Positions 12,901 through 23,900 of a stretch of 64,000 nt of DNA are shown one piece after another. Position 1 is the stretch's first letter. Each line of letters starts with the position of its first letter. The stretch is taken from NCBI RefSeq assembly GCF_902652985.1, contig NC_047020.1:10912001-10976000 (forward strand), written 5' to 3'. This stretch comes from Pecten maximus (lineage: Eukaryota). The position numbers and the translations under genes were made by a program. The notes beneath the pieces are model-generated. The model was not told the origin of the DNA. It made no database searches and worked only from the letters and a program-made list of their open reading frames with translations.

Positions 12901-14875
12901 AAATGCAATATACTGGCGATATAACAATTTAATTGTATCATTAAACATGTTTATCAATCATCACATGTGGTGACGGTTTCTTGAACACGTAATACAGCAA
13001 CGGCGATACTTCTCAGTTATGGATATCTGAAACAGGAAGATTGACACAGTTAATACACAGTGATTACATATGGATCCCGCCCGGGTCAAGTATTATAAAT
13101 AAATAACAAAATACGATGTACAGTAGTCAACGTAACCGGTTTATTGCTTCAATACACTTTCTCATATGAACACTTCACATTATACGGGGTAAATCATAAC
13201 ATGGGTATTTTTTGGCAACACCACCGCCGTATTACCGAAAACAAGTACATCAAATATCACGACAATATCAGTCGATCTCGGAGCAAGTAAACGGAATAGG
13301 TGGGTTGTGATTAATTACAGGCGTAATTACAATATATAACGATTGATCAGGGGTAAAGAATAATGTCCAAATCCGAGAGCAATAAATGTTGCTTCCAGTA
13401 ATATTTCCCGTTTGCAAGAACACGTATTTCTACCGTACGATACACGAGGTCGCGCGCGGTGTTGGACGTTTCATCGATCGATCGGTACAGGTAATCCTAT
13501 ACTACTTGTCGAGTGCGCTGATGCGTAACGACCCACGGCACTCTGAATTTAAAAACGGCATACTGAATTTAAAAACGACACACTGAGAATACTCAATTAT
13601 ACTTAAAATACTCACGCCACGTTGAAAACGCTCACTTTCACTGAAAAATTCAAACTCGCGCGAGTAAATTCAAGGTTTTAGGGTTACCAGTGGTAGTTAT
13701 CTTTTCTTTTATCTAATTACAAGTTTTGAAATTTACCAAAAAGACTAGAGCATCAGCATTTTATAAATACTGCCATCCGATATGTCATATGTTTGTAATT
13801 TTTATGAAAATATTTCTTCTTTCATAATTTGAGGTAACATGAGCTGATGATCGGACACTGACCAGAAGTAGACAAACTATTTGTCAGAGCTTCGAATTCC
13901 ATCTTAGTATAGATGTCTTGTCCGAATCTGTTTATCTGTTGATATCTCGCGGGAAATCTCATTAGCATCAATTTATTTTGATTTCGATTCCTTATAAAGA
14001 AATAGACCTTTACGCTTGTATCAAAGATGGCGGTATGTTTGAACTGATATCTCTGTGTGTCTTGCTCGTTTTGGATTTTACTATTTATTGTCAAACATTT
14101 GACTTAATGTGCAGGTTTGTGGATTGAATATTGATATTAATAGATACCAGAATCTTCTATTTATATGTGTTTTTTTTATCCAAAAAAATTATAACCACAG
14201 CTAAATACTGCTCGATGTGAATCACATCGGCGCTTGCTACACTATCGGCAATGCCGATTATGGGAGGGACTTCATACCCTGTCGGAGAGCAATGTAGGCA
14301 GGGTATGAATATTCGTTCTATCTTAATATTAGCCAAGTCAATAATATGTTTTTTTTTTTTTTTTTTTTATAATGACAGAAAAAAAACAAATATTTCCTGC
14401 CCCTCTGTTCTCATCACACCCATTTTGATCAGTTACATGATATATAATATACATACATAATGTGTTAGTCTAATTTGAATGTATTTATTTGTTAACATTT
14501 AGATATATGGCAAACCCAGGAGTCCTACACAGAAAATTAAGTGACATCTCAAAAAAGTAGGTCAACTCATTCACATGTGTAAATAAACAACGTCAACCGA
14601 CATAAATAACCAATTTAGAACAAACATTATAAATTATATAATACAGCAGAAACAACATATTTAATTGCTTATATATTAAGAACTGTTCGACATTTACGTT
14701 TTTTTTCTAAAAATGAAACCGACTACCGACTCGTTGTTTCCATCTCGTGCTTATCATTGAAGATCACCATAATAACAATATCTGTACACTGCATAGTGTA
14801 TGTATTGCAATGTGTAAATCTAGTTATCGTATAATAAATATTTACCTTATCACCTGGTATTCCTCTCGATCCCAT
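913..14875 (-). CDS. UBL3: Ubiquitin-like protein 3, 5' part (coding exons 14875-14846 and 1021-913; remaining exons lie left of the window)
   Basis: Spliced translation MGSRGIPGDK|INLRLILVSGKSKEFLFTPNESAADITELVYNNWPT closely matches the UBL3/MUB N-terminus (INLRLILVSGKTKEFLF..N.SA..I...VY.NWP). Canonical gtaaat donor, polypyrimidine-tag acceptor, phase-0 join, 13.8-kb intron. Not in the ORF track because the exons are short. Confidence 0.93.
2260..2597 (+). pseudogene. Truncated BED-finger transposase N-terminus
   Basis: SxVWxxF...CxxC...NTTNMxxHL motif; the final His is replaced and the ORF ends early. Confidence 0.75.
3250..3345. repeat. Perfect palindrome, 47-bp arms, 2-nt loop
   Basis: gtaaataaaatcattg...tcatataat GA attatatga...ttttatttac. 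Confidence 0.9.
5040..6209 (+). repeat. Left TIR of the CACTG element
   Basis: Reverse complement of 12533-13692 with scattered substitutions and small indels. Confidence 0.92.
6731..6746 (+). promoter_or_regulatory. Histone-mRNA-type 3' stem-loop (perfect)
   Basis: AAAAC GGCCCT TTTC AGGGCC matches the metazoan SLBP-binding consensus GGYYYU UUUC ARRRCC with an A-rich 5' flank. Confidence 0.7.
10030..10652 (-). pseudogene. Decayed Kolobok accessory protein KolX / P2X7 C-terminal-like fragment
   Basis: Minus-strand translation across stops and frameshifts gives an acidic Ser-rich stretch, then LGIQQYQFE (cf. IxPYxFEP), NDRLGNTD*C (cf. RLGNTDWC) and PVFEPTTCL (cf. HPGFxxVCL). Confidence 0.55.
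11365..11696 (+). pseudogene. Decayed SGNH/GDSL hydrolase fragment
   Basis: The frame from 11365 reads ...KDLSKYQAVFIQAGENDVMDSTSAEIKTTTIRIYDVLIAQGVNQVCF (block III hydrophobic-GxND). At 11603-11633 gatggaatttgccttctccaacagcggatac reads DGI(x)(L/F)SNSGY with one frameshift (block V DGxHxxxxGY). Confidence 0.6.
11701..11720 (+). promoter_or_regulatory. Histone-mRNA-type 3' stem-loop (one mismatch) with ACCA tail
   Basis: GGCCCT TTTC AGGACC ACCA, immediately after TAA TGA closing the SGNH remnant. Confidence 0.6.
11854..12198. repeat. Diverged ~210-bp direct duplication
   Basis: tccacacat..agtttctgtaat(g/a)gccgccttccataacatgatgcgc..ttcgaaattctatcaatactc at 11854 and 12064. Confidence 0.8.
12533..13692 (-). 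repeat. Right TIR of the CACTG element
   Basis: Reverse complement of 5040-6209. Confidence 0.92.
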
Positions 14876-15405
14876 AGTTGTTGGGAATGTACAATCGTTT
14901 ATGTACGGTCCCGACTTGGGTCAGCTGATAAGTTGGGGATGAGAAAAATTATGTCACAACAGGCCTCATTTTGAATCAAAATCTTGATGATATGACAACA
15001 CTTTGTTTGTCAGGCTAAAATCCTCATTAAATTTGGACTACTCGACACATTTTAATGCACCGCTGAGTCTTCTGTATTCAACTACACGCAAGAAATCCTC
15101 TATTCAAATTAATGATAATATTCCTCAAAAGCTGCTATGGCGGCGATAAAGAAGAAGCACGAACAGGCTTGTGGGTAATATTTTTTATAAGACTTTACGA
15201 AGCATGCGCCATTTTCATAAGTGTTTCCGCTTCCTTTGTACACAGAGAAAATTCTACGTTTTTGCAGTTAATAGTTCAAATATTTTCACTCAGAACTCGA
15301 ATGATGATAAAAATTGTCTATATTCTTGCTCACCAGTAAGCATCTACTGGTGCCATATTCATGGCAAAAGACATCTCCTCACATGAATGTTTATAGAAGG
15401 TAAGT
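14876..15405. promoter_or_regulatory. Probable UBL3 5'UTR and shared divergent promoter with STXBP4
   Basis: CpG-richer stretch with cgccatttt (YY1-like) and tttccgcttcc (ETS-like) near 15205-15235. A plus-strand ag|GTAAGT donor at 15400 may end a non-coding STXBP4 first exon. Confidence 0.45.
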
Positions 15406-17631
15406 AGACTTTATAGAAGTTTCATTACAGCAAACAGGTATGCTGAAATTCGGCCTCAGTAATTAACTTAAATACTCCGGGGTATGTGTACACACAGACG
15501 ATGACCAGCCCGGGGTCTCCTAGACAGGAGGGATATTTCACGGCTTGACTTTTTACTCAAATACACTCAAATATACTCAAATACACTCAAATATACTCAA
15601 ATACACTCAAATACACTCAAATACACATAAAATATACTCAAATACACAAAAATATACTCAAATACACAAAAATATACTCAAATACAAATGTATTTCACAC
15701 ACATAACCTTATTTTGTGCGTAACATGGTCGTTAATATACGATCTTGGTGATTCTTACGAACTATGATAGGCCTGGGTCGGTTGGGATATTTAGGCTTTA
15801 CCGAAATTGACTTGGAATTATCGAAACGTTGGGAAATGGGACTTAAATCAGCATTTTTTTCAGAGAACAGAGCCAAATATTTGTTCTGAAATGCTCAACT
15901 GTATCATATGCAAAACATTAGGGGTTTATTTGACCGAGAAGTCGCGATTCGCGGCCCGATTGTCGTCAGAGTTGAATTACAGAAATGGCCGATAATAGAC
16001 CCGAAATTGATATTTTCATAAGAGAATGGACTCAATATGGTATTCTTTGGTGTCTATAGAGGGCATATGTCAAATATCTTAGATTAATTTTCACTAGAAG
16101 TATTTTGAAATAATTGTCAAAATATCCGATATCCCATTGCCGTCAGAGTTGATTTGTCGAAATGGTCGATAACGGACCTGTAATCAATATTTTTATGATA
16201 TAATAGACACAAAATAGTATTCTTTGGTATATATAGAGGTCACATGTAAAATATTTTTTATTTATTTTCTCAAGAAGTATTTAAAAATGATAATCAAAAT
16301 ACCCCATTCACGACCCAATTTTTGTTTACGCATTGGGCGCGAATAAAATAAAAAGGAGCAGGAAAACTGAAATCCGGATTATCTACTCACAAATGCAAAA
16401 ATACTCATACTAGATAGTTATAATTAATATTTATTACAAGAATTTCAAACTGTGTTTGATTCTCTGTATAAAATTGTTGTCAAATTTGTGGTATTTTGTA
16501 AAACAATTCATTTTATTGAATTTGTTCCCCTCACAAATCCATATTTCAATCTTTGAGTAATTAATTCATTGAAAATCGAAGTCAAGGCAATGAATTAGTA
16601 TTTTCCGTAATAATTTTTCGATAAACTGTTAAAAATTTTCCAGATGACTTTTTGTGCCATGCTGTCATAAAATTTCAGTTATAATTTTAAAATTAAATTA
16701 CATGTAGTATGTTAATATGATAGCCAAGTTGTCAATATCCACAAAGCGAGTGTAGTCTACTGTAATCTCAATCACTGAGTGGATAGCATTACATATGAAT
16801 ATTACTGTAAAATACCTGTAGTATGAAGAGATATGTGACCAACATTAGAATGAATGATATCAAATTTAGATTATATCTCAAGAGCAATAGGTGGATTATT
16901 AGAATTGACTTCCAAATGAAATCAACATGTCCGTGTATCTTTAGCAGGATTTCATCATTGTTTAAAATCAGACTTAAAAAAGCATCAGAAATAATCATAA
17001 ACCATCAGCTGTATAACAAGAGATTCCAGGGGATCTTGGTGTCCACCATTGAGATTGATCTCTTTTCTACTTTTCCCTTCTTTCCCCTATTACTTATTAT
17101 TCATTTGATTATATTGGAAACCTACATTTGAAGTCTAAGATAGATCTTAAGAAAAACTTTTGGAAATGTATCAATAACAGATTAAACTGTTGAAACTGAT
17201 GGTGGGCTGGCTGGCTTAAAGCCATTTTGTTTTCCTGATCAGACTAAAAGATAAATAGGAATTGTTGATGTACTTCCATCTGATGATGGCAAAAAATCTT
17301 TATTCCATATAGATTTTCATTTTTTGTATAAATAAATACTTAAAACATTTGACCTTTCTTTAAGTTTTAGGAAATACTACTTGTACCGAAGTGCGTTACT
17401 AGTGACAGTATGATGATTTATGGATATAATCTATTAACTAGTCCTTTAACATCAACTGATCTGATATTAGTTTTTTGGTTGCTTTTGGGTCCTTTGATCA
17501 CTGTGTTAAGTCCCTGAGCATCATTCACGTATCCTAGGAACAAACAACTATTATTGGTTTTTGCTATACAGCATCCATCTCTTGATTTATTTTGAAAGAT
17601 ATTAATATCATGTATCTTTTGTGCAATCCTA

Positions 17632-18240
17632 AATCATGTTGAAGTAGGAGACCGGGTTCTGATGAGGAACGTTGGTATATGTGGCAAGCAAAAGTTGGCA
17701 GATAAATGGGCTAAGGATCCCTACATTATCCTTAGTGTGCCAAATGTTGATATGCCTGTATACAAGATCCAGAAAGAGTCGGGAAAGGGACCTATAAAAA
17801 CTGTACATAGGAACCTGCTCCTCCCTTTCATGTGGTTACCCAGAACAGCGGGTGCCCAGGAACCAAGGGAGACAACCCGAAATCATCAGAATGCCGGAAT
17901 AGAGTTAGTTGAGAGTTCCTCCTCAACTACTGACTCTGATAGCTCAGATGAGGATGGGAGTCAAACACCCAGATATGTTATTCCTGCTAGGAGACCCAGA
18001 CGCACTGTTGCTGAGTCGCGACAGCCAGTGCAACCACATACTGTTGGTTCAGGGGATTCTCCGAAACAGGGTAATAAGGGTGTGTGTCGAAATTCCAACA
18101 CTGCAGGCAGTGAAGGTCAGACACAAGACTCGATACCAGCTGTAAGGCCCAGGCGAGTCTGTAAATCTCCTAACTTGTATGGGGAATGGCTCATGGGAAC
18201 CTTGGTACCGTCCAATTCTGGAGCTGAAGTCTACGTCTAG
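17632..18240 (+). pseudogene. Ty3/Gypsy pol C-terminal (post-integrase) fragment inside the MULE-like element
   Basis: VGDRVLMRNVG...KLADKWAKDPYIILS.PN.DMPVYKIQ.E.G.GP.KTVHRNLLLP is the typical GPY/F-region tail of Gypsy integrase, followed by an S/D-rich tail and RPRRVCKSP.LYG. Confidence 0.8.
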
Positions 18241-19673
18241 ATACTCAGAGCAGTGGGAGAATTGTCGTGGTGGACAAAGTTTACTTCAAATTGTGAAATT
18301 AATATTTAATCTCTACAGCTACTTGTGTGTATTACCTTATGGTTTACCATTAAATAAGTAGAAACTGTAGCATAATTGTAATTTACATTCAATTATAAAG
18401 TAAAAGATTAATATTCACATCAGGAAAGCTTTGTTCCACATGGCAGAGGAGAAAATCTCTAAGTAGTTATGGAATATATAATTATATTACCTTGGGACAC
18501 TGGCCAAGGTGATAATTTCATTTTATACAGATGTTATTTTTAGATTTTTATGTTGAATAAACTGTGCTTCATTTGAACATTGTTTGTGCATAATTGAAGA
18601 AATACCCACATATTATACTACTCGTGTGACATATACAAAAATAATAAAAATGTTTAGAGGTTTCATTCTATTTTTGGAATTTCATATTTTATATGAAAAT
18701 ATACATTTGAAGAATGTGTGTCCTATACTCAACTTAGGCTTGAGAAAATGCTGACCTGCTTTAGATTTCACAGGAAGGACTATAAAATATTCATTTTATC
18801 AGTTATAATCACAGTTTCTGTGCTAATGGAAATATAAATACAGTATACTATAAAACACACGTTAGCTTTTACCTTCACACAAACAGACAGAATTATTGTC
18901 AAAGATCTACATTGTCCTTCATCTTTTGATCCAAATGACCCTGACCTCTCACCCAGAGTGACCTAAATGTAGCTTTGTCTTGGTCAGGAGTTGGTCATGA
19001 TCAATAAGTATGAAAGTTAAGGAACTATTGTGGATGGACAGACAAACAAACAAACAGACAGTGATTACTATAGGGCACCTGTATGGACCTGATTAAGAAA
19101 AACCATGTCATTCCTACATTAAAGGAAAATATTAAGGAATTTTTCCTATTGGGCTCAACACTAAGGGCTCCATAGGTCACAGAACAAATTATTTGAAGCC
19201 ATAATTAATTTCCTTAAATTGGCGGCTTTACATGACTCAAAGACAGCTCAGACCAAAGTTGGACAAAAACCTATCACTAATTTGAAATAGAAGGAAATTT
19301 GCCCATTAGATTTGAAGAAAATTAAAATCTAAATATTTTACTGAGGATAATTGTGCTACAATATGCCATAAAAATAGATGAGACTGGACAAATGTTTTTG
19401 TTCATTCTAATAAAATCCTTGTCATTAATGCCATTAATGCCAGAGAAAATGATAAAACACATTTTGATTTAAACATATTTTATTGTTTCTTGATATATAC
19501 ATGGGAATTGGGCACAAGTTATCAAACTTATATTAAGCCAGCTTTCCCTATATAATTTTACATACATATTAATACATTTATTTTTACAAGATGACATATA
19601 TAATTTTAAAAAAAATCATTATGACTATAGATTATCAAATAAATAAACAATTCAAGTAAACTATTCCAATAAA

Positions 19674-19838
19674 CTATTCCGATGCCGATAGCAGAAGTTC
19701 ACACTATTCACTTTTCAAAACACTCTGATCTGCTGTTTCTAAAGTTCATCACATATCCTGTGCCATGGTTAGCTCTCTCCGTTCGCTTCCTATGCCTCCT
19801 GGAAATTTGATTCTCTTTTGCCATCGGCATCGGAATAG
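19674..19838. mobile_element. Small MITE-like inverted-repeat element
   Basis: ctattccgatgccgatagca ... tgccatcggcatcggaatag; no clear TSD. Confidence 0.5.
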
Positions 19839-20942
19839 ATATGATAAGCACACATAAATTTACACAGATATAGATATAGAGAGATAAGGGGAATTAAAAT
19901 CTATAGGATAAAATACATGAACAATAGTGCATCAAACACAGTCATTAGTACATGTATTGTTATATTTTGAGTATAAGTGACACTTGGACAAGGACGAACG
20001 GAAACTTTTCCTTTAATCCACGGTAATTCCGTATAATGCTGAAAGTGACTATAACCTGACAAAAAAATTTATTTCCTAAACTAAAAAAAATATTTGTGCA
20101 TGAGTAAATATTTTTTGCATACATGGCATTTTATAGTTTATGTATTGAAATCTAGAGTATTTTGATTGAGTAACAATATTACATGTAATTTGATATATTT
20201 AGTAGAAAGAGACAGGCAGACTAACATCCTTAAAAAAAATAGTAATAATCAAATGTATTTGTAGGAAAGAGTCAGGCCTTAAAAAACATTAAAGAAAACC
20301 AGACTGACGTTTTCAATAGGTATGATAGGTTGTATAGGAAAAGGAGTTACCTCCCTTGCAAAGTTGTTTGTTTGGTTTTGGTTTTTATCAGGCCTTATGT
20401 CGTAATATTTACAAATTAATGATCACATTACATACAAATTGATGTTATAGAAGTGAATTTTATTTGTATTTGAGTATTTATTTTGTGTATTTGAGTGTAT
20501 TTGAGTATATTTGAGTGTATTTGAGTATATTTGAGTGTATTTGAGTAAAAAGTCAAGCCCGATATTTCACGATGCAGATACAGAACTGCATCTGCCACAA
20601 TACCCGTCCCGAGTTATAGAAAATATATATGGTTGTGAGTCACTGATTACAAATCTGACAATCATTAGGTTTCTAACTTCTGTAAATTTAGCAACATCAA
20701 CAAAGGCAGTAGCAACACCTAGGCAACTGACCTAGATATGCCGATGAGGATACATTAAACATTTAGATAACGGTTAGCAATTTGTAAAGGATGATGATGT
20801 TTGATTTAGAAAAGGAAACCTCAAGGACACAAATATTAAATAGACACATTTTTCCAATAAGTAACATGATTTTGTAACGATCAATTTGTTTTTGTTTTGC
20901 AGACAGCAGTACAGATTATGTAATTAATTTCCAAGGACAGAT

Positions 20943-23900
20943 ATGTCGTCAACTGTTGTTGTAACACAGCTGGAAACAGAGCAGAACTATGAGTTAGAAA
21001 ATGGGTGAGGCCGAGTATAATGTTTATATAAGACTGATCATAATAACTTCTGGTAGTTTGAATTTTACATATTCAATTTACTGAATTGGAGATTCAAGAT
21101 TCATTATATTAATAGTATACATGATCATGATATTGTAGCGGAACTGGACTTGACGATCATCGGCGACCGGGTACAATGTAGCTCAATTGGTAGAGCATTT
21201 GGCTAGTTAGCCCGAGTTTTCTCTGGCCCGTCACCATGTCTGGTGTAGGGCCAGAGCGCACTACTATATGAAGACGTGGAATTATCCGACGCCGTTTGGT
21301 GTCGCTAAGAATTTGGTGCAAATACAATAAAATCGGGTGTGACATAACACCTACCTTACATATATGGATAAATGAGATATTTATGTACTCTAGAACGCCC
21401 ATTTAGCCCCAACTAGGTGTTTTATTCCGTCCGTATAGACCATCACTTTACGCTAGTCAAAATTCCGTACTGTTGACCTTAAATTATAAGGGGTAAAATA
21501 TATAAAAATAAATGTTGCATTTTTTTTTCCTTTTCGCTCCATCGTGCACTGATTAGGGTAATTAGGCTGCCCGCGACCTACATAGTTAGCAATATGGCGT
21601 CGAGTAAAGTATGAAATTTTGACTAGCGTAAAACGAGGTTCTATACGGACAGAAAAAAACACCTAGATGAGACTAAATGGGTGTTCTGGGGTAAATAAAT
21701 ATCTCATTTATCCATAAATCTAAGGTAGGTGTTATGTCACACCCGATTTTATTGTATTTGCACCAAATTCTTAGCGATACCAAACGGTGTCGGATAATTC
21801 CACGTTTTCATATAGTAGTGCGCTCTGGCCCTACACCAGACATGGTGACAGGGCCAGAGAAAACTCGGGCTATTGGCTAGTGTTCCTAGGTCCCGGGTTC
21901 GAATCCCCGTCTGGCTGCTACATTTTCTCCTTCTCCTGTAAAATATAATGTTACATACATTTTATTAGATTGATGAAAATCATCCTCGTAATTCATAAAC
22001 ATGTCAGTTTTTGTAATGTGTTTTATTCTAGTGAATTAAAGTGAATTAAGTTTGTTCTGAGTATCATCTATTCTCATTTACAGAAGTGATGAGGAAGATG
22101 AAGGAAGGGATGCAGAGTTGATTATTTACAAAGATTGCTCTAAGGGACTAGGTAAATAACATTTACTTGTAAAGATAAAAAATCTAAGAGCTTTACGATA
22201 ATGTATTGAAGTTTGTAATTGCTATCAAAAGCACTAGAAATTATCAGACAGTATGTTTCAGGGATCACACTAAATTAATTTTTCGAAACTCAATATCTAA
22301 ATATCCTGTAGTGTTATTGAGACATCACTGCTTTTTTTTATGACTGCTATTATTAGGAAGTAGAGTCAGGAATTCAGGTTGTGATGAGTGAAGAACTATT
22401 TGCAAGACCTTTTTTGAACAATATTTACATTGTAAGTCGAAGCATGTCCATATGTTGTACTCTTTTCCCACAGGAATTAAAATCTGTGGAGGATGTAGTG
22501 TTGATGGGCGAGAAAACAATGGCATATTTGTGAAAAGAACCTTACCTGGAGGTTTGGCAGATATAGAAGGTATTTACTAAGGATGTAATTGTTAAACAAA
22601 TTTTTGTATTCAACCCATTTGACCTCCATGGCAGGACTGACTATTTCCATTCAATTCATAATGGACCAAAAGGTTACCATGGTACTACAGAATGTGTCTG
22701 AATGTTGATATTCCTTAAAGTTTACTGTTGACTTAAGTCTGTTACTATGTGTAGAGAAGACCAGACAACATCCGGAGGTAGATCTTCAACAGATTTGATG
22801 GTTTAAATATATGCATGTTTGGCAAATTAGGTATGCCTTAAAGCTTTTTCAAAACAGTGGAACAATTTAAAAAAATAATTCATAATAAAGAGCAAACAGA
22901 ACAATTATTAGTTAATATAATTAGTAAAATAAATGTCCCTAAGGTATATATGTACATGTTTATATCCAACATGGTATATCATTACAGTCATCTAGCATAA
23001 TTCTGCCAAGATGTGTAGATGATGATGTTGCTTACATACTATGTCATTGTAACCTGTGTACTATCTATGACGTCAACGGTAAACAATATGTGTAGTTGCC
23101 AGAGAGAGGTACTATATAAGTCCTATATTTTGAATTGTTCTATACTAATTGTTTATAAAGTTTTATGGACCAGACTCGTGTATTCCATTTAGAATCCATC
23201 CTAGGGAGACTATCGTACATACAGAACTACCTATACCGGATGCTGGATCTTGTTTGTTTTGTTTAAAATCTGTTCCTGTAAGATTTATTGATATTATCTA
23301 GTCCACTGCAATTGAAATGTTCAGTATTTCATCAATATACGATATTCTACCATGATGTAGAAGCTGTTTCTGTTTCCTGGTAGAATGTGAGAAACAAATT
23401 TTAAGCACTGCTTTGTCCTTGGAGAACAGCCATTAAAATGTTCCTGCTGGTTTTAACAGGACATCTTCAACATGGAGATCAGATACTTGAAGTGAATGGA
23501 GAAAGTCTGGAAGGTGTCACAAATGAGAGGTGAGCTTTCATTTTACATGCAATCAAGGTTTCTTTCTAATACTGTATGGTGTGTACAACAGTTTTTCATT
23601 AAACCTTAGGTATACTTATTAAAGATGCAGACTTGTTTGCTTTTTAAAGTAGATAAGTGCATAAAATGCATATATACAATTCTAAACATTTTTAAACTTT
23701 CAAACCAACTTCACACATTGGAAGAGAGAAATAATTGAAAGCATAACTACTTAATAAATAATAAAAACAATAATCTATCTAAGAAATGATTCCAGAAAGG
23801 ATTTCATAATCCTATAACATATGTTATTATTGCTGACACACTAACATCAATCCCTTGTGTTGTGTACATTATAAATCTTGATCTTCAGGGCTGTATCAAT

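Larger units (their letters stand above)
5040..13692. mobile_element. CACTG-terminated (CMC/EnSpm-like) non-autonomous element with ~1.17-kb TIRs, in UBL3 intron 1
   Basis: CACTGGTAACCCTAAAACC at 5040, and its reverse complement ending at 13692. Inverted repeats 5040-6209 and 12533-13692 are near identical, which is why the ORF track shows mirrored ORFs at 5146-/13386+ and 5827+/12711-. 3-bp GTA flanks both ends (5037-5039, 13693-13695). No transposase ORF inside. Confidence 0.88.
15541..20560. mobile_element. MULE/foldback-like non-autonomous element (5.0 kb) with tandem 11-mer TIRs
   Basis: Left (c)ggcttgactttttactcaaatac.., right ..gtatttgagtaaaaagtcaagcc(c). TIRs are built of (ctcaaata[c/t]a)n. 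Direct repeat GATATTTCA(C) at 15532-15540 and 20561-20569 (9-10-bp TSD). Confidence 0.82.
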
